DNA from: Amoebidium appalachense
Lineage: Eukaryota; Protista; Ichthyosporea
Direction: 5' to 3'
DNA: 64,000 bases
Assembly: GCA_963693365.1 (NCBI GenBank)
Contig: CAVNZM010000001.1
Span: forward strand, 18,710,783 to 18,774,782
In this document: one piece after another, positions 39,275-64,000 of the stretch
Position numbering within the stretch: the stretch's first letter is position 1
How the letters are laid out: each line of letters starts with the position of its first letter
Notes under the pieces: generated by a model
Told to the model about the DNA's origin: nothing
The model's database searches: none
What the model saw: the letters and a program-made list of their open reading frames with translations, nothing else
Program-made: the position numbers and the translations under genes

Positions 39275-40837
39275 TGTGTTTGTGGATGCATCGGTGGTGT
39301 CGGCATTGTTGTTGTGTATGCAGATGTAGGTGATGGTGGTCGTGTTTATGTGCTTTGTGTTCCTTGGGTCATGGTTTGTGTGCCACAACTTTCATCACGT
39401 GCATAATATGTAAGGGGGCACCTAAGTCATTTTTCTTCGGTTATGCTTTGTGTTCCCTTTATTTTTGTCGTCTTCTTTTCTTTTCTTCCCTCCCGCCTTT
39501 TTTTTTTTTTTTTTTTGTAGATGTATGCTCGTGTTTGTTGGGCCGCCGGGGAGGGGGGGCGGTTTGGAGGGGGGGGGGGGGGGGGGGGGAGGGACAGGGG
39601 AAAGGGAAAGAGCTAGGTGATGGTGTGTGTGTGGGGTGTGGGTGTGTAGGGGGGGGGAGGGGGGGGGAGAGAGAGAGAGAGAGAGAGAGAAGAGGTTGTG
39701 GAGGACAGGCTCTACGAGCAAATGCTGTGGGGTGTCGGAGGTCGGGGAAGATGTGTAGAAACGAATGGAAAGGGCCATGTGGACCCCTTTTTCCGCTGAT
39801 TATTTGATTTTCAAGTTTTTGACGCATTTCAGATTAGAAAGACTCGTGTGTGTGGGTTTCCGGTTTTTCCTTTTTTAATTCCTTCTTCTCCCTCCCTCCC
39901 TCCATGTTTTTCCTTTGAAAACTCTTCGTTTCTGTCCCCTCCGTCCCTCCCCCCCCCCTCTCCCAGGCCTCTCTCGTTCGCTCCCTCCCTCCTTCCCTCC
40001 CTTCCCTCCCTGCCCCCCCCCCCCCCCTCTCCCCCCTCTCCCTCTCCCTCTCCCTCTCCCTCTCTTTCAGGCCTTTCTCCCCCCCCCCCCCCCCCCCCCC
40101 TCGCCCTCCCCCCCCCCTCCCCCCCCCCCGGTCCCTCCCCCCCCCCCCCCCCCCCCCCTCCCCCCCCCCCCCCCCCTCCCCTCACCTCCCTTACCACGCA
40201 CGCAACTATCCCTTGCACCTGTGTTGATTTGCCATCATCAACCTTCCTTTGCAGGTGCGTGGTGAGCTGTTGGGTGTGCGTTCGGGCACGTATGACTGCA
40301 TCTGGCGTGTAAGGCTGCACCGTGTCACCATGGATGATGGCACAAGATTCCACGTCGAAACCAGCGTGTCCGAGAGGTATATGTTCTTGCATTTCTGGTT
40401 TTGTGTGTGTGTGTGTGTCATCGGATGTGTTGTGTACAGGGTGGGGATATGTTCATATTGGTCATGTGGGTTTTTATCTTGGATCTGGTCACGCGGGATC
40501 TCTGTTGTGGGTGGATGGGGGCCTGGTATGAAATGCTGTCTCTGGGTAACACTCGTGTGTGAACATGTAACTCTTCAACGTGTTAAATCTGAAACTTGAA
40601 GGGCACTCGTGTAAAAAGCTTTGGAAGTATGCATTAGTATTTTTTCCTTAAACCCCCCCCCCCCCCTCCCCCCCTCCCCCCTCCCCCTTTCCCCTCTGCT
40701 TTTGTTCTTTGTGTGTTGTCATTTGCGCTTGTGGTGCTTCGTTCTGCTGTCCACATTCCATCCCCCCCCCCCCCCCCCCCCCCCCCAACACACACACCCA
40801 CACCCACACCCACACCCACTTCCCCACTCCCCCGTTT

Positions 40838-40900
<63 letters not shown>

Positions 40901-42061
40901 ATACACACACACCACACACACACACACTCACCACACACACGCACACACAAGCACACACACACACACACCTTTCTAACATGCACCATTCATCCGCTTACAC
41001 CTCTTCCCTCTCTACCCCTCTTTTTTCTTTTGGCAGGTGTGTGCCTGCAGAGATGTCTCTGAACAGACAGGATTTTGCGCGTCTGGAAGGGCAGAACAGG
41101 AGCTGGTTTGATCTTAACGTGGGGCAAATCACTGTTAAGGGAACGAGCACGGTGAAGGCGAGGATAGAGAACCACTCGAACGTGTGGAAGCACGGCATCG
41201 AGATAGACTACTTTGAGCTGCGCAGGGTCTATGATGGGCCTAGGGCTGGCGCGAATGCGGGTGGGTGGACCCGGTGTGTGTGGCTGCGTGTGGTTGTGAG
41301 GCAGCGGGGGTGAGAAAGGGGGAAAAAAATTGGCGGGACGGGAGGGGGGGGGGGGGAGGGAGGGGGGAGGGGGGGAAAAGGGATGGGGGGGAGAGAATTT
41401 TTTGTAAGTCCTGTGAGCACGGGGAGGAGTTGGGGGGAGGCCCTGGGGGGGAGGGGGGAGGAAGGTAGAAACCGGGGGGGAAGGGGGGGGATGGGGGGGG
41501 GGGGGGGGTGGGGGGGATGAGGTGTTGTAGCCGAGGTTGGGGAGGGCGCATTGGGGTTTGTAGGCAAGGCGGCGGTGCCGGGGGGAGGGGGGCGAAGGGA
41601 GAAGAGACTGGAAGTAGGTGCTCGGGGGGGAGGAGGGGGAGGGGGTATGTTGAGCAATGGGGGGAAGGCCAAGGGGGAGGGGGTTGCTTAGTGGGTCATA
41701 TTCATCTTTAAATGTAAGAAGGCCGCAGATCCGGCATTTTGATTGAATCCGAACAGATTCAAAGAGGTGCCTCGGTGCATTGTTTTTGCACATCTTGTTG
41801 TCAATTATCAACTCGGAGGAGGGGGAAAGGGCCGGGGGGGGGGGGGGGGGGGGGGGGAGGGAGGGGGGGGGGGGGGGGAGGGGGGAATGAGGCAAGCGTT
41901 GTCTGGCGGGTCTAAGGGAAATGAAGGTGTTTAGGTTGTGCTGACGTGATTGTGCCTCTACAGCTGTTGGTGGAGGGGAGGATGTGGACATGGCCGATGG
42001 TGACCAGGATGCTCACTACACCACCTACACATCAAGTGACCCGTCATGCTCCGTCATGTAG
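37966..42061 (+). CDS. F-box protein with phloem-protein-2 (PP2/Nictaba-like) lectin domain and C-terminal CaaX box, 6 exons, ~280 aa
   Basis: Exons 37966-38094, 38390-38571, 39035-39122, 40255-40376, 41037-41260 and 41964-42061, all in phase. F-box [34 protein letters not shown]2 motifs [34 protein letters not shown]. Ends CSVM*. Confidence 0.88.
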
Positions 42062-42700
42062 GCGGGGTGGATGACGTTAGTGAAGGCTTGAATGTACGGA
42101 CTATAATTTACATGTATTTTGGTTGCTTACGTGATAATTTCCCTATTTTTTCCCTCTGTTTTATTATAATCCTACTTTTTTTTGCTCTTTTTTTGGTTTC
42201 TTTTTTACGGTTTTAGGGATGGCATGTCGAGGTTCAGTGGGATGGAGAGAGTGATCGTGGTGACCCGGGTGATTCACCGCAATAGGCAATTCTTTTCTTT
42301 TTGATTAGAGCACGCGTACGGGGCCACGGGCGGTGCATTTGGGTTTGGAAAGTAAAGGTTTTGGGCGAGAGGGTGGGTTATCTTGGGGAGATTGAATGCC
42401 TATACCGAACTAGGGGGTAACCTAATGTACTATGAACTATTCTTTTCACACTTAAGACTTGCAGGAATGTTTTGACGTGACGCGTTACATATTTAGGAAG
42501 AATTTTAGGAATGTTTGATTCCCTCCATTTTTAGGCATTATTCCTGTCCTGTCTGTGGTTGACCTAATGACTGTAATTAGGCAGTCTTTGTCTTTTTACC
42601 ACGAGGGCCCTTGAAGCGCGATTTCTTATGTGCACCACAAATGATACAAATATGACAAAGCGATATTTTATTTTGCCCACAGGACGCCCACGGTGTTGTC

Positions 42701-42734
<34 letters not shown>

Positions 42735-43024
42735 TCCGCGACCGGAACATTCATAGAAAGGCTTACGGTACTGTACAACACAGTGATACATGCATGTGAT
42801 GACCACATCGAATATGTAGTATGCTACATATTGAAATAGGCGGCCTGGCAATTTGCACGGAATCATCCATGACCGTCGTTCCTATGATAACTGTTAGTTG
42901 CATTTTGTTCTGGTGTGTGCACACGTGCACGAACTGTATGATTGAATGCGTATGCATATGGTGGGTGGGTGGTTGGGGACCTTGGTTGTGCGTGTGTATG
43001 TTCGGACTGTCGGAGGGAGGGAGG

Positions 43025-43056
<32 letters not shown>

Positions 43057-44224
43057 AAGAGGATGGGATCGGGGTTCGAAATTCTGTTAGGGGTCCGTAT
43101 CAAGTTGGGGTGAGGGTTCCGAATCCTACGTGGTTTCCGCTCGACCAATCAATCCCTAATCGGCAATGTTACGTAGCGGTTATATTGTGTTATTATCCTA
43201 TTTCGGTCATGAAAAAACTTTAGAATGGCTTTAAAGTTTGCATACTACGGGGAATCACGCTACAATGGGAACATTCCATTATCTCGAAGCCACGTTTTTT
43301 ACCGGAAAGATCTAAGCTTACCCATTCTGACGGGGAAACTTGAAAGCTCCACCCGAAGGATGCGTCCTAATTGTAGTTTCCTGTTAGTTTAGTTTTTGTG
43401 CGCAGGCCTAAGGGTAAGCGGTTTAGCTTTGGCGTCGTGTTGTGTCCCTAAGCCAAAGTTCAACACAGCTTTAAGCACGTAAGAAACTACATTCACAGAA
43501 CGACAACAAGACCTGTGGTTATGTTCATAGCTATTAAGGGAATTTTTCGCTCTTGAAAGAAGCGAAATGTTCCATTCTTTCGCTTAGAATAAAGGTTGTC
43601 ATATTTCCAGCTGTGTCCTGTTACAGCCACTAGCGGGTGGTTGGCTGGGCTGTCTGCTCGTCGACCACCCTCAGGCCGAGCCGTGGGACATAACCACGAA
43701 AACGTAAGTTCCTTCTCAATACTATATTTTGTAGCTCAATCTCTCTTCCTTTTTCTTCGGAAAAGCCTGTTAGTTTGATAGTTAGTTTCTTCATTTCATC
43801 AGGTATGTACGTTAATTCGCTTCTTTCTTCCCGTTCTGTTTAAGCATTCTCTATTTTTTTCAAGTTGATAATTTAAGATGGTGCGTTAGCCAGCATAACT
43901 TACGACTGAACACGACTGAACACGTAGGTTGACTTGCAGGTCCGACTTTTTCTCACCCTTATTGTCTTCTGGCTTAGCTGCATTTATTTGCTCCTGTTTT
44001 ATTCAGTTTCGGGTACCAAGTTTCACAAGCATGCACAAAATTGTCTTGTTAATAGACTGGCTAGGGGCCTGCGTTTAGCGTGCAAAAATGAACATCATGG
44101 ATCCATGTTGACACTATCGTGCACTTAGGTGAAACTTGACAGCTGAATCGACCTTTACGGAAACCTCGCTTCAACAAGCTGTGACAACTCAGTATTGCTC
44201 ACCATCAATAAAAGAAATTGAAAA

Positions 44225-48048
<3,824 letters not shown>

Positions 48049-48686
48049 AAGGTTGGAAAAACATGCGCACATATTGGTGGTTTGGCCTTATGTTCCTTGT
48101 GTTTTTTTTTTTTTCCCCTGTTGTTGTGTGTCGCGGTAATGGTCGGGTATGGGTGGGTTCTTTCGGTTGCGTTTTGTCTTTGATGCTGTTTGAGGCGTGG
48201 TCTGGATATGAGATTGAGATTGGATCGGACGATCACGTGTAGTTGAAACTTGATTTCGGAGGTTTGGATTTTTTTCCCTTTTTTATTTATCAAGTTTTCT
48301 CTAACGCCAGTTTTCTGTTGTTGCTTTAAGTTGTTGAGCACTCTGGTGATCTGATATCAGCTTCTGTATTCAGTTTGTATGTAAACAGTATGGTAGATCT
48401 ATTGGATACAGGGATATTTTACCCTCCTCACAAAAAACGGTTCTTCTTTTTTTTACATGTCCCTTGCACATTATAGTGTGTGGGTGTGACGCTATTCTGT
48501 ATAGGCTTTGACGATACGCTATGGAATGATACTATCCATTCATTTACTTACGAAGACATAATGAATAATTGGGCATCGGTCGAATTTGGCACCGGTCGAA
48601 TGTTGAAGTTTGTTTCATTGAAGTGTGCCCTGTTTGCATTTTTTTGTTTCCCTCCCCCCCCCCCCCCCCCCCCCTCCGTTCCCCCA

Positions 48687-48751
<65 letters not shown>

Positions 48752-49386
48752 CACACACACGCATATTCACAAAAAAACACACATCCCTCCGACCACTGAT
48801 GTTATCACTTTTGTGGAGCTAAATGCTAGGTTCTTGTATAGTCGTATTACTTGCTTTCTTTCACCCTCCCAAGTAGTGGTCCAGGTCCAGATGGGCTTTT
48901 TGAAGTCGCAGGCTGGATTCCAGCCTGTGGCGGTCCAGATCAAGGCCTCCTAAATGGTGTGCCTTGGTCCAGATGCAACTTTTTGCGGTTATAACGATGG
49001 CGGCGGGCAATCCAGACCGCCGGCTGGCTGGATCGATCCGGATGTTCCGGGCCGCGGCCCCTAATAATAACCTATGAAACATATTTTTATATATATTCAA
49101 CGCAAGGTAAATGAAAGTGAATACAGGGATTTATTTTGGAAAAAATGAGTTCCTAGCATCCTCTCCCACATGTTGATTCCATTATTTCCCACTTCGAGAA
49201 TGGCGGCCCTTTTCCTTTCAAGTATACTATACTATACGCTTACAAAGTCTATTTTGCGCTGACCGTAAAAAAGTTGCAGAAGCTACCCTAATTTCATGAA
49301 AAAGAGAAAGATTATCGGAATATCGTGCTAGTGATCGTAAACTAATCATATTGCTTTAACGAAATCTTTGACCAATCAGATAGATT

Positions 49387-49449
49387 AAAAACGCAGCCTC
49401 CAGTCCAAAAAAGTGAACCTCATTTTGTCGGACCGGACGCTGCGTTTTT
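49387..49449. repeat. Imperfect inverted repeat (hairpin)
   Basis: AAAAACGCAGCCTCCAGTCC versus GGACCGGACGCTGCGTTTTT (18/20 complementary), with further pairing in the spacer. Confidence 0.75.
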
Positions 49450-50427
49450 GGTCACGTGACACGATTTCCGTACGGTCGACGTCCAGGCCTGGCCATGGCA
49501 CAAGTAAGGGTATCTGATGTAAGACTATCAGAGCACAATTTTTGCTACAAACATAGATATCGATCGATGTAAAGAGAGACACTGATTATGATCGGTTGTC
49601 CGGATCCTGCACATGCTTGCATACATGTGGCTGCGCACTGCAGTGCGCAGGCCGGAAATGGACTACGCCTGGGTGCACCGTGATGTACATGAACATATTA
49701 TATTTGCCGGTGTGCCACAACTACATTAATTTTTAGCTAAGTGGTGCAAAACTTTGCGATGTAAGATCACTGTGTAATTGGAACCTCTCAGGCAATTATT
49801 CTCTGGGGCCAAGCCAGTACGTACGCATGTCGTCAACTGTTCTGGGCGGTGCATGGTTGGTGTGCACGGGTAAATACATAATTATATTTTCATGCGTATG
49901 TACAGAATAAAAACAAAAGAATACACTACGTCCCTACCTATTTCCTCCGACCAGCAGAGGGTAGCGTTAGACATGACTCTAAGCTCACCGACAAGCAAAA
50001 CATGCACTCGATTGAAAACAAAACAAAAACGAAGAAACAAAAAAAACCTCAGGATCGAGAGTGTAGATTTTTAGTGTTGTGCATAGGTGTTGCTCTGTGT
50101 GCATGCTTGAGGGTCGTTCGTGAATATGTGTAGGACAGAAAAGAATGCGTGCGTACAAGTGAACTTTTTTGCACGAGTAAGTTAAACCCAGGAAGTGTCA
50201 ATATAATACAATGAGAGTAATGTGTCATGTACCTGTACGTGTGGTTGAACATGTAACCGTTCTGTTAGCACATATCGAGAAACACTTAGGGTATTTGTCT
50301 GGTGTATAGAGACCACAACTTTGGGTAGAAGGGGTAAATAGGTAAATATTTTACAACTACTTTTTGCATACAGTATAAAATAAGCCCACGTAAACTAAAC
50401 ACGACACATGCTAAATCAGATCACAAA

Positions 50428-63980
<13,553 letters not shown>

Positions 63981-64000
63981 TGCCATAAGGTTAGACTTTT

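Noticed and set aside
43060-43150. GGTTCGAA B-box-like motif suggesting a tRNA or SINE
   Set aside because: No cloverleaf, A box or acceptor stem could be built.

Overview
Intron-rich eukaryotic genomic DNA. The SF3B3 and Hsp90 peptides look opisthokont, possibly unicellular holozoan (inference). Introns and intergenic spacers are packed with (CA)n/(GT)n, (CT)n, (GCAC)n and poly-G/poly-C tracts, so most ORFs in the six-frame track are spurious. Manual splice-site assembly supports these genes: a partial + strand low-complexity gene (to 6346), a small single-exon gene, an intronless HSP20, a 2-exon HAD hydrolase, a 6-exon F-box/PP2-lectin protein ending in a CaaX box, a 5-exon ABHD18-like hydrolase, and a long MSP1/ATAD1-type AAA ATPase running off the right end. 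Mobile or decayed DNA comprises a very young Ty1/Copia element (306-bp LTRs, half-tRNAiMet PBS, RT deleted, inserted in poly-G, HSE-like arrays in the LTRs), a TSD-flanked 205-bp retroposed insert, and a 22-37 kb block holding an orphan Hsp90 exon, a frameshifted internal 7-exon SF3B3 copy and a decayed multi-exon gene with DDE-transposase-like motifs. A ~125-bp dispersed element occurs 6-7 times, always in introns and always sense to the host gene. No rRNA, tRNA or CRISPR array was seen.
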